A stretch of 64,000 nucleotides of DNA, from the NCBI GenBank assembly GCA_008632985.1, contig QPGO01000011.1:62001-126000 (forward strand), read 5' to 3'. The translations under genes were made by a program, and so were the position numbers. This DNA comes from Psammoneis japonica. Lineage: Eukaryota. This document shows positions 1 to 10,705 of this stretch, piece by piece (within the stretch, counting starts at the first letter, position 1; each line of letters starts with the position of its first letter). Under the pieces are notes generated by a model that had not been told where the DNA came from, searched no databases, and was given only the letters and a program-made list of their open reading frames with translations.

Positions 1-152
1 TCAGCAAGTCAGTAACAGGTAACAGCAGAAGACTAACGCCTTATGCATGCAGCCTTGCTCACTGAAGTACATCGCTATTCCCCACTATTCATCATTGAAT
101 CTATCGTTTGCTTCTTCTTAAAGGTTATCGGGTTGGTGTCAGTAGTGAGAAA

Positions 153-620
153 ATGGCGCCCCTTGCAATGATTCGCCACTTTCTGGTTGTCCCAGTGATA
201 ATGATACATGTGTCGCTGCAGTCCAATGTAGTAGGGGCTCTTTCTTCGTTGTCTGAAGCTCGTAGCAAGTGCAAGTCCCAACATACCATTTCAAGACGAA
301 GCGTGATAAAGACCAGCGCAGTGGCTACTCTTTTTAGCGCAACTTTGTGCGGTGCTGTCCCGGTTCAAGCATTGAAGGAGAAGAATGAAGCTCTTTGTGG
401 AACTGGTTTTTTCACCAACATAGCCCAGTACAGATGCACAGACATTGGGAACATTTTGGATGAAGGCAAAACCTCCAGCTTGACGTCAGAAGAAACGAGC
501 GCCACCGACTCTCTGCTGTCAAAATTCAATTTGAAGGGTGGAACGCCCAGCTCTGATGATGGCGAAAGCGTTCAACAAACAAATGAAGCGCCGGGAGATA
601 AAGCAAGCAAGGAAACATGA
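153..620 (+). CDS. Probable plastid thylakoid-lumen protein of unknown function (signal peptide plus twin-Arg Tat-like signal)
   Basis: Hydrophobic N-terminus, then SRRSVI, a hydrophobic stretch and VQA (AxA-like cleavage); short mature part CGTGFF..YRC. Confidence 0.65.
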   Translation: MAPLAMIRHFLVVPVIMIHVSLQSNVVGALSSLSEARSKCKSQHTISRRSVIKTSAVATLFSATLCGAVPVQALKEKNEALCGTGFFTNIAQYRCTDIGNILDEGKTSSLTSEETSATDSLLSKFNLKGGTPSSDDGESVQQTNEAPGDKASKET

Positions 621-693
621 GCTACACATGCATCACAGCATGATATCTTGACTCTCTCGTGTTCATCTTTTTAGACGCTACGCTACTGTACTC

Positions 694-1440
694 TCAATCT
701 CCATCTTCTTGTTCAATGTTTCGGTTATTCAAACTGTTTCTGCCACGACTTCTCTGTCCAAAATCGATGTCTCCTGCAATGAATCTTTCTCGACACAAGG
801 GGCACTCGCTGTGTTTTATTAACCAATTTTGGATGCATTCCTTATGAAACAAATGGTTGCATAAAGGACTACTGGAGTATCCGACAACGACGCCACTCTC
901 AAATTCATTCAAGCAAATCGAGCAATCCAATTTACGAAGGGTGTTTTCGCTTGAAAGGGGCCCAATGGTTTTTTGTTTCGTAAACGATACCATGTCGAGT
1001 TCACGATCCTCTTTGCTGTCGTCAACGCTACTATGGCTAGCTTCAGAAAACTGAGCTTCGGCAAAAGTCTTAACAGCAAGATTCTTTTCAATGAACTTCA
1101 ACCTATTGGCTTCTCGTTCTTCTTTTGTTAATCCATCATTAGGCTCAGTTTCTTCGAAATTTTCAACACGGTATTCGATTCCTCTTCGCCTTGGCGCAAC
1201 AAGCTTCCTTCCGAGACATGCGCAAAAGACCGCGACAAAGGCAATACCAAAACCAGCAACAAAACAGGCTTGCCAAATAGCAAACGACGCTCCATCCTTG
1301 TCGAAATTATTGCTGGAGCCAAGTGTGGGGTCAACTTGGTTGTTTAGATTCGAAGCTGGTTCTCCCAAAGCTCGAACGTCTATTCGCAGTAGACGAACGG
1401 AACGATCATGCTCGCGACGGATCATAGCGGATCGCGGCAC
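694..1440 (-). CDS. Transmembrane RING-H2 E3 ubiquitin ligase (ATL/RNF-like); 5' part probably extends upstream across frame breaks
   Basis: TM segment (ACFVAGFGIAFVAVFCACL) and CSICLNEF...CNHLFHKECIQNWL...CPLCR; protein-like reading continues upstream to at least ~1620 in shifted frames. Confidence 0.85.
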   Translation of the reverse strand: MPRSAMIRREHDRSVRLLRIDVRALGEPASNLNNQVDPTLGSSNNFDKDGASFAIWQACFVAGFGIAFVAVFCACLGRKLVAPRRRGIEYRVENFEETEPNDGLTKEEREANRLKFIEKNLAVKTFAEAQFSEASHSSVDDSKEDRELDMVSFTKQKTIGPLSSENTLRKLDCSICLNEFESGVVVGYSSSPLCNHLFHKECIQNWLIKHSECPLCRERFIAGDIDFGQRSRGRNSLNNRNIEQEDGD

Positions 1441-2097
1441 ACGCGCGTTTCTCTCCTAACCTCAATAGCGGGTTGCAGTCGGCAAAGATACGTTCGTTAG
1501 TCACCAACGTTCTTTTCGCGAAAAAGCTGTCTTTAACTAATAAGCATCTGCCATTTCATGCAACTACTCCTCGTCGGACCTCTGTCCAGTTCCTGATTCT
1601 GCTCAAGCAAAAATTCCGCAAATTTCAAAGCGTCTGTCTGCCTCAAAATTTCAAAAATCGATTTCGAAATGTCAATAGCATATTCAGCCTTTTTTCATCT
1701 CCTGCTGTGATGCAACTTTGATATCTTGGAACGGATGAGACCAGCATTACCTGAGCAGTAACTCTCTAGAGAGTAGGCGTTTCCGCGCTCAGCTGCTCCA
1801 TCCAATCAAATCCTTCGTGTTACTTTTTTTCTCTAGAGGAGCGACCGCAGCGAAATTGACCACGTCGGCAGCGCTGTAAGGCTTTTCACAGACCCTACAC
1901 AGCTTCTGTTTGGTATAACAGCGAGCAAAAATTCTGACTCGCACCATTATTTGTGGAGACCATGAAAACCGATTCGTAAAGTATAAGGCTATCTATTTCT
2001 GAAAGTTTGCAAACAAAAAGCCACGGATTTCAAGCAACATCATCAAGCAGAATATTCCTTGCCGATTGCCATATTTTATGTGCTTCCACAAATGCTT

Positions 2098-2766
2098 CTA
2101 TCGTCTTGATCTCCGCTTTCGTCGCAACACTCCGTCGACATGGTCACGATTTTTTACGTCGCCCGCTTCAAGTTTGAGCATGCTCGCGCCATCTCCTCCG
2201 TCCTTATGTGCCTTGCTAACCATAGCAGCCAACGTCCACATACCTCCATCACGATCCAATCCATGCCCTATTGTGTCTTCCATCTCGGAAACTTCTTTCA
2301 TCGTTTGGCGATCCATAAATTGAAAGGGAGTATCGTGCCCGGTCTCATGTCGAAACCAGGCATCGAAACCTTTCATCTCGTGAGCCTCACTTTGCAATAC
2401 AACACCTCCAGTTGGTGATTCCTCGATCATTTCAAAAGCATGACGCGCTTCAATAAACAAATCCCGTGCTTTCATTTGCTCTTCTTCGGTGGCTGATTTT
2501 TCTTGCATGTCGGGATGGTGGAGCATGGCGATTTTCAAAAAGGCACTCTTTACCTCAGCGTAGTCACTGCAGTCTTTAGAAAGCCCAAGTGTTTTAAACG
2601 GACATTGGTTCTTCTTTTTTCTCTTGCTAGCAAAGCCCGCTGTTTGTTGTAAAGGACGCAACGGGTCGCTGTTTTGTATGAAAGAATCGCTCGGGCTCTT
2701 CAAAAGTATTTTCGAGAGTACGCTCACCCGAGGCTTGAGCTTTTGCAACGACAGTAACGGATTCAT
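2098..2766 (-). CDS. DnaJ (J-domain) protein, possibly mitochondrial
   Basis: PFKTLGL...VKSAFLKIAMLHHPD...FIEARHAFE J-domain with HPD; basic/hydroxylated N-terminus. Confidence 0.85.
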   Translation of the reverse strand: MNPLLSLQKLKPRVSVLSKILLKSPSDSFIQNSDPLRPLQQTAGFASKRKKKNQCPFKTLGLSKDCSDYAEVKSAFLKIAMLHHPDMQEKSATEEEQMKARDLFIEARHAFEMIEESPTGGVVLQSEAHEMKGFDAWFRHETGHDTPFQFMDRQTMKEVSEMEDTIGHGLDRDGGMWTLAAMVSKAHKDGGDGASMLKLEAGDVKNRDHVDGVLRRKRRSRR

Positions 2767-2930
2767 TTCGCGCTTAGTGCAGGCAGAGATACGGTGCTGT
2801 ATTCTAAGGAGCGACTTTTCTCCACTGCATTGGTGATAACTATGATACGGACTGCCTCGCACCTTCACGCTTCAACGCACCTTCGCACCGCACCCCACAA
2901 CAAGTGCGTGCGTGCGTGCTTGGGCGGGTG

Positions 2931-3006
2931 GCCTCATGCGATGCTTTCGAGGTCATTGATCGCAACAGGATTGCTTTCTACATAACATGACTTTGCATGC
3001 TGCCAC
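2931..3006 (+). repeat. Left copy of a ~70 bp direct repeat bracketing the 12.7 kb TpA-depleted block
   Basis: gcctcatg...ctttcgaggtcattgatcgcaacaggattgctttcta...acatgactttgcatg matches 15693-15763. Confidence 0.9.
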
Positions 3007-3480
3007 TGGTTGGGTTGTTGTGCAGGTGTGCTGTGGAGGCAGAACAGCTCCCACCAATTCTTCTTGTTTCATCCCTTGAATGCACAAACAATGTGTTTTC
3101 TGGCAGGACGTTCAAGGAGGGGCACCCACCAGCGCTCCTGCTGGTGACTTCATCAGGCCATCATTGCAGGGGTGGTCATCAGTGCTTCCAAGCCCAGTTG
3201 TTTCAGTGTCTTCTTGAGCAGCAGTCCTTTGTTTGGCTTCAACCCAATGAGAGTGGACACCACCCACATTGGTGGCACCTGCCTTGTGGCTGCTGTGCAA
3301 AGAAAAAGACAAAGAGACAAGGCGGCCGCTCTCTCTCTCTCTTGGGAGCAGCAGCGACAGCATCACCCAGCTGAAAAAGCAAAAGCTCCATTTTGTGGCT
3401 TTTTTGTGTTGATGTGGCACAAAGGTGCTTGACTCTTGTGTGTCAGCATGGCACAAGAGTGCTCAAAGGACTGGGGACAG
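3007..3480. other. Left part of TpA/CpG-depleted island 1
   Basis: No TA dinucleotide seen in ~470 bp, few CG, TG/CA-rich. Confidence 0.8.
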
Positions 3481-3714
3481 AGTCGAGATGCAGTCCTGCA
3501 GCTGAGTGGGATGGATGAGACCTCGGAGGTTGGCGGCAATGTGAACAGCGACAGAGGCAAACAGACGCTTGTTGAAAGTCATTGTCTAGAAATTGTGACG
3601 AATGTCGTTGCTTCTGTTTGAATCGATTTTGTGATGAGCCAATTATTTCGAAGAGAAAATCTGAGTCTGGGTTGCAGTCGTGAGATGCGACCAGAATGAC
3701 GTTGAGTCGTGACT
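3481..3714 (-). repeat. 3' LTR of copia element 1
   Basis: Ungapped match to 10472-10705 with 12 substitutions; termini AGT...ACT. Confidence 0.95.
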
Positions 3715-3735
3715 CTCCCTCTCAACCGAGAGAGC

Positions 3736-6700
3736 TCACCAGCCCATGAGAGCCTTTCTGGCCACACGGAACGCATCGGTCCGTAGTCCCTTCGTGAGCT
3801 GATCGGCTGGTTGCTCTAGAGTGCTGATGGGTTGGATGTCGATCTCCAATTGTTCGACTTTAGTCCCAAACCAGTGGCACGGGATGCCGATGTGTTTGGT
3901 TCGCGGAGACAACTTGGGCATGCGTGCGAACTTGAGGCACGCGGAGTTATCTTCGTACACAATGGACGCAGGTGGGACATTCTGCTCTACAGGCGAGTCA
4001 TCGGTGCCTTGGGTTGCGAGCTCAAAAGCCTTGGAGTGAGTCGTGATGGGGTTTTGGCAGTCAGACTTTCCGAACACGTGGTGGTTGAGCTCCTTGAGAA
4101 CTTCACGAATGGGGATGAGATCGCGCATGGCTTGAGAAAGTGCGACATGTTCCGCTTCCACAGTCGACAATGCCACAAGAGTCTGCAGCTTGGACACCCA
4201 GACAAGCGGGCAGCCGGCGCAGCAGACAAGGTGTCCAGTCCTGGACTTGACAGAAACTGGGTCTTGACCATCTTCCACACCAAACAACCCCGCGAAGTCA
4301 GAATCGACGTAACAATCAACTCGATGATCTTGCGCAGGCTTGAGAATGAGACCTTCAGTGGCAGTTGCTTTGAGGTGTCGGAGCATCCGCTTCACTGCAG
4401 CAGCATGGGACGCTCGGGGCGCAAACGAGAATCGAGCTGCTTGATGTGTGGCACATGCAATGTCTGGCCGGCTGTTCGCTGCCAAGTGCATCAACATTCC
4501 AACAACTGAGCGACAATCGCAGGGTTCATCAAAAGGCAGGCCGTCCGTGTCGGCACCAATGGCCGCAGGCAGAGCTGGAGTAGATGCTCCATTGCAATCC
4601 TGCATCTGTGCGGCACGCAGGACCTTGTCAATTAGACTGGGTTGAGTGAGTGGAAATCGACCCTCGGAGAGCTTTTCGATCTTGACACCGAGAAAGTTGC
4701 CGACTTCTCCTTCGTCTCTAAGTTCAAACACGTGGCGATGTTCATCGTCGGAGACTCCTAACTTGCGAATTTCGGCTTCTAGAGCTTCAGCTGAAGCTCC
4801 AGCAAAAACGGTGTCGTCGACGTGCACCACACACATCATGCCCTCTTTGAAATGCAAACAGGGATCTATGGCTGAAGGTGCCCATCCGTGCTCGGTTAAA
4901 CCAGCTCGCAACTTCTCGCAGAAGCCCTTGGGAGACTGTTTTAGGCCGCACAGTCCTTTCAAAAGTTTGAGAACCATGTTGAGTCCCGACCTTGGCGCAA
5001 ATCCCTTCGGCGGTGTTACACAAACTTCCTCGGCGACATCAGCTTGGCAAAAGGCTGTGGCACAGCCCACCTGTCGTGCAGTCCATCCCTCCTTTAATGC
5101 CGCAGTGAGCATGAGTCGGACACTGGACCATTGCACAACCGGCGCGCAGGTTTCGAAGCAGTCGACTCCTTCTTTCTGCAAGTCACCGCGGACGCAGTGT
5201 CGGGCCTTGTACTTGAGAGGGGTTCCATCTGGGAGTCTCTTGAGCTTTGGTGCCCATGTGCCTGGAAGTGCATTCACACGCGGCTGACGCTCGACTGCTT
5301 TCCAGGCTCGACGATGTGTGAGTGCGTTGACTTCAATTTTCATCGCCTTGATCCATTCGTCGGCATCCGGACCTTTCAGAGCATTGTGTGACAAAGGCAT
5401 GTCAGGGTCCTTGGTTTTCTTGCTAGCTGCGCAGGCTCGTGGATTGCCGACATTGATGGTGCCACTGTCCAAATCCGTCTCGAGAGTCGCCAGATACACT
5501 GGTTGAGCCTCGTGTCCGATCGGCAGTGGCATTTCCTCGACGGAGCTGAAGCAGACCTCATCTACAAACTTGGCAGAGTTGAACTGTCCCTTGGTTGACC
5601 GTGAAGACCGTCGCAGCCCTGGTGCTCCCTCTGGATTCGTCATGGGAGGTGTCTCGACTGGGGGAGGAGCTGTTGGTTCCGTCGGCGCTTCGGGTGGCGG
5701 AAGTCCATTGCTGTCTTGAGGTTCAGGTGGCTGAATTGGCGCAGAGTCCGCAGAGTCTGCAGGAGTTTGAGTCGCAGGTGGGACTGGTGGCGTTGGCTGC
5801 TGAGTCGCAGGTGCGACTCGATCGGCAACGTCGTCGCGAGAAATGGGTGAATCCGGCACAGTGATCGATGGAGCAGGCTCAAAATGCCCGCAAATGCGTG
5901 TTGCTCTGGCCAGTTCTCGTTCTTTACGTTGACGCTCTGGAGGGGTGAGCCACTCATCGTGCAAATGAACTGCCTGATCCTTCTCCAGAGGGATGCATGT
6001 CGATTGGTTGAGGCACAAGTGTTCCCAGTGATCAGGTGGATCCGTCTCCCTCTCGATTGATGGTGCGGCAGTGAAGAGATCGTCAAAGACCACATGACAC
6101 TGAGGTGCAACACTGCCAGTTTGAAGATTGAGGACCAAAGGAACCTCACTGGAATGGATGGCACTGAGTCCCACGAACAAAGCGCGACGAGTGCGAGGCT
6201 CCCAACGCGGGAGCTTCTTCCCGGAAGCGAGGGTCGGGTCAAGTATGTACGCTGGACATCCCCATGTGTGAATGTCGCGCAACCGATGTCTTGGCACTGT
6301 CGAACCGGTGAAAATGTCCGCTGGGCAATGTCCTTTGGAATTTGGGGTGACATTGTAGACATGCGTGGCATGAGAAACTGCCATGGGCCACAGGGAGCTG
6401 TCAATTCCCCCCTTCCAGTGGATTGATGCATGAAGCAACATCGCTCTCGCCATGTTGGAGATGCTGCGGACACCCCGCTCTGCGACGCCGTTCTGATGAT
6501 GGGCGTTGGTTCCACAAAAACGGAGACGTTGTTCATGTTCTCGCACATGTTGTGCAAAAGCGTTGGCCTTGAAAGCGCCACTGTCGGTAAGAAAATCTTG
6601 GACGATGACCCCGTGGTCCAAAGCATGTTTCTCAAACGCTTGCTTCACGCGCATCGTCTCAACAGTGGAGAAACCCAGTTGGTGCTCGACCTGGACACAG

Positions 6701-7420
6701 CCAGAGGCGTGGTCAACAAAGATGCAACCGCCCTTGAATTGCTTGGACGTGGCTTTGCCATAAGAGTCGAAGGTGCGGCCCAAAAGGCGCGACTCAAAAT
6801 GATCAACACTGACAGCCTGACCCGGTCGAAGATGGTCAGCTCGAAGGGCCCCGTCGCGTTCAGGGACTGTCGACTTGTGAGTGGATCCAAGAGAGCGTCC
6901 ATGACCTTTAGCATGTTCGCACACCTCGCATCTTGGGTGGTCACACTTCGCTGCGGACTTGAAACGGTTCGAAAGGAACGGAACTGCGCAGAGAAGTGCT
7001 TGGATGCGACCAAAGTTCAAATGGCCAAAACGGGCGTGCATTTCAAGAAGAAGCTTTTGGCCTGCCGTGAGGTTTTGATTCTCCTCGTTGAGGATCTGAA
7101 GGTTCACTTGAGGAGCGGCAGATGCGCCCTTGGTCATCGACGCAATGGGCAAGTGGCTTGATGGATGATGTGGCACGACCAACTTGCCCATCCCGTCAGT
7201 GTGTAAACGGAAAGTGGTTTCATCGCCCTCACACTTCCCACGTGCCCCCTTCTCTTCGTTGAAGAGGCGTTGAGGCGACAGCAGGCGCTGACGGGCTCCA
7301 GGGACGCAGCATGCCATGGTGTTCAGTTGGATGGCAGCCCCACTCGGCGTTGTGAACACCCACGCAACCGGACCGGTGCCCTGGATGGTAAGACCATTGG
7401 CAATCCCATTGATCTGCAGT
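3736..7420 (-). pseudogene. Copia pol (end of protease, GAG-pre-integrase, integrase, RT, RNase H) with conserved Tyr replaced by Cys/His
   Basis: HARFGH..CEVC, SVDHFES, TDSG, NGVAER, HVDD (for YVDD), DSDFAG, EAEH, EDNSAC, ADQLTK; frameshift near 7420. Confidence 0.92.
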
Positions 7421-10309
7421 CACAGGCCCCGTAAAATCATCTTTGTCGGGGGTGACAGCCAATGTGGCACCAGTGTCCATGACGACCGTGAGAGCCTCGT
7501 CCGACAGACCGATGAGTGCCTGCGGATCGGATGCAAGGAGGTCGGCTTGTGATTGTCCGGTGAGCAGTTGGATGGTGGAGGTGTCACAGACGACTGGTCT
7601 AACACTTGCTTCCTCCAATGGTTCCACAGGATCTTGAAAATGGGCAGTGTCCACGATGTGATGCGGCAGACAGAGCTCGTCAAACCGGAAGAAATCCGGG
7701 CTGAAGTCCTCAAGAGCGTCAAAGAAATGCTTCTGGTCGTCGAGAGGTTCCAGTTCCTCACAGGTGTCAAAGAAGGCTGATTCGTCCATCGCATCAGACC
7801 GTTCAGCTGCTTCCAGGCTCTCCCAGTGGGCCTTGAGACGAGTGCTCAGTGCGTGTGACGGATGGCGCACGACAAACTCGGTGAGCACTTGCGTGCCTTT
7901 GATCCTGTGATGTTCGAACAGTGACCCCGTGTCTGACACTATCCGGTCATCTAGCTCTTCCACAATGTGGTAGACTTGAGAGCCAGCGGTCGAAAAACGA
8001 CTTGGCACGTTCGAGAATGGATGCTCGGGCTGTTGACCGGCGTAAACTGCTGACCACACCATCACTGCAACGGATGGGACCATCCAGGAGGCTGGAAACC
8101 CGTGCAAAGTTGGGAGTTTGCGCTGGCGGCGTAGAGCTCGAGGGACACATGGGATCGGAGCAAAGCAAAGATGTGGCACCGTTTCCCAAAACATGGCGGC
8201 GAGCCAGAATGTGAACAGCTTGACTCGACCCAAGAGTGAGCGACGCGAAGTGGGCTCGTCTTCGACGTCCTCGTGACAATCATCCGCATCCAGGACCTCT
8301 GGATCGTAGAAATCAAAGCCACGATACGCAACACACGGAGGTGAGTCGTAGCATGCGTCTTCAAAGTGTACGTCGTGTTCAAGGATGAGATCCAACTTGG
8401 TGTCGTCTGACAGCATGTCCGTCAAATGTGCGGGAGCGTCAAAGAACTCATCTGGATGCTTGACAGAGTACAGCTTCGAGGCCGGAAACAACTCAATAGC
8501 CGGTGGTTCGTTTTCAAAGGTAGAGAAAGCGTCGGAGTGTTCGTAGAAGTCATCGGCGTCTTCGGGAGTGACAGTCTCAACCACGATGGGAGACACGACT
8601 GGAGCCACGACTGAGGTGAGTGCAGGTGGGCTCGTTTCGATGCAAACCACCTCAGTGCCAACGACTGCATCGCTCTCCCTCTCGGCCGAAGAAGCCGGAG
8701 TAACAACAATTGCAGCAGTGACAGGGGCGGAACAGAAATCCGGGTCGGCAACGGGATCCGTAGCCGCGCACCACATTCCCGTGAAAACCAACTCGTTGGG
8801 GTCGGATTCGTCTCCCTCTGGTGCCTTGGCAGTCTGAGCGGGCGGACCCATGGGCACGCCACTGTCCGGATCAGCAACGGAAGACAAATTCCCGACTGGG
8901 GTCTCCTTGGGAGGTTGCCTGCGGTCGTCGGCATGTTCCGCGGTAGAGTGCTTCTGGCAGATTCCAGGTTTGTCGGCACCCTTCGCCGTGCACGTGGCAC
9001 ACCACTTCCATTCCTTGCCATTCTTATCCTTCTTCGTTTCGCCGTCAAATTTAGTACGCCAGGCAGCGATGGGTCGCCTCTTCTTCTTGGAAGGGTCGTC
9101 TGCAGGCGGCGGTTTGGGAGGAGGATCGTCGCGCGGCGGTTTGGCGTTGCACTTCGGACACGTCTTCTTGGTGCACCCCTTGAGACCGCAACCACAACAG
9201 TGCTTCATCTTCCCAGGGCCATCCGTAGTCGAAAGATTACTCTCGGGTAGCTTGGCAACTAATGCAGGCCATTCCCCGTCCTTCACGAGTTCGTTGTGTT
9301 GCTCTTGAATCCACGCAATGACACCGGCCGGTCCGAGCGTTTTGCAATCGCCATCGGACACGATGTCAGCAGGATTCTTGAGGCGGCACTTGCGTTCCAC
9401 AGCCTTGACGTCGTCGAGCTTGTTGTAGACTCGGCGATTGAAGCATTCAGAGGACGCAGAGGAGATCTTGTGGAGCAGCTTGGAGCTTGTGTTCGCCGGA
9501 AGCGCGCAGTCGGTCTGCATGATTTTCATGATGCGAAGAGCTTCGGCAGCAAAGTCCGTGCAATCCTCGCCGGGACAGTTGACCAAACTGAGGTCTTCTG
9601 GCTGCTTCTTAGCCGTCTCAATGTCCGTTAGAGCGCTGGCATTGCAAGTGTCGAGAGCCATCATGAATGGAACAGATCCAGGGTAGTCTTGGCAGTCCGA
9701 AAGATGGTTGAACTTGGTCTCGATTTTCTCGCGAAAGGCATTAGTGGTTCTTGAGTGAACGAGAAGTTGAGAGAGCCCGATGTCGTCGAGCTCGATCTCG
9801 TCGTACTTGGTGTCATCGGCAGCTGCTTTCCCAACCGTGTGCTCGTTCACGAGATCGGTCACAGTGAACTCGTGAAGATGGTCGAAGACATGTTGAACCT
9901 TGTCGTCGCTGTCCTTGACATGGTAGAACGTCTGCTGACCGTGGGCTTCTACTAGATCTCGAATGGTCTTGACGAAATGGTCCTTGTCAAGCTCGTTGAT
10001 GGGACCGTCCGAAATCTCAAGTCGACCGTTGAACTTGGAAGTCATTGCGGAAGCTTGTTGATCACGGAGAGATCATTCTATCGAGTCGAGAGCCTTGGGA
10101 TGACGGCGCTGAGAGGCGAATCGGCAGGTTCTGTCGTTGGATTGTTCGCAGTTGTTGTTGAGTTTGGAACCACCAATGTAAACCCCGTGGGTTGGGTGAA
10201 TTCCACCACGCAACGGCTTGGTTGGAGCCGGAGGAGCAGTCGCCGCGGCGTTGGCGGCCATTGCATCGGCAAACGCCTTCGCCAGAACATCTGGATCGAT
10301 GGCAGCCAT
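7229..10309 (-). pseudogene. Copia gag with Zn knuckle, long acidic/hydrophobic insert and protease (DTGA); in-frame TGA at 10073-10075
   Basis: ORFs 10073-10309 and 7229-10045 are in frame, split by one TGA (probably from CGA); CCGCGLKGCTKKTC, WKWCATC...H, VVMDTGAT. Confidence 0.85.
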
Positions 10310-10471
10310 GATGGAGAGTGCAGTGTGGGAGGTTCTTGTTAGAGTGAAGACGAGAGAAGCGAGAGAGACTCAGCCATTTCCCGGGTTTGCTTCAAAATCA
10401 AAAACCGAAAGCGTCCGTGACGATGACTCGGTCAGGAGCTCTCGTCAACGCGCAAATTGGTCTCTGCAACC

Positions 10472-10705
10472 AGTTGAGATACAGTCCCACAGCTGAGTGG
10501 GATGGACAAGACCTCGGAGGTTGGCAGCAATGTGAACAGCGACAGAGGTAAACAGACGCTTGTTGAAAGTCGTTGTCTGGAAATTATGACGAATGTCGTT
10601 GCTTCTGTTTGAATTGATTTTGTGATGAGCCAATTATTTCGAAGAGAAAATCTGAGTCTGGGTTGCAGTCGTGAGATGCGACCAGAATGACGTTGAGTCG
10701 TGACT
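10472..10705 (-). repeat. 5' LTR of copia element 1
   Basis: Matches 3481-3714; followed on the minus strand by PBS-like (T)GGTTGCAGAG. Confidence 0.95.

Larger units (their letters stand above)
3481..10705 (-). mobile_element. Full-length Ty1/copia LTR retrotransposon (diatom CoDi-like), hypermutated and inactive
   Basis: 234 bp LTRs, 5 bp TSD GACAG (3476-3480 / 10706-10710), PPT GAGAGGGAG next to the 3' LTR, gag-PR-IN-RT-RH order. Confidence 0.95.

Noticed and set aside
3736..10309. Alternative genetic code or A-to-I RNA editing as the explanation for Tyr>Cys/His
   Set aside because: Host genes and copia 2 use TAY normally; changes occur in both strand senses and differ between the two LTRs, implying post-integration DNA change.
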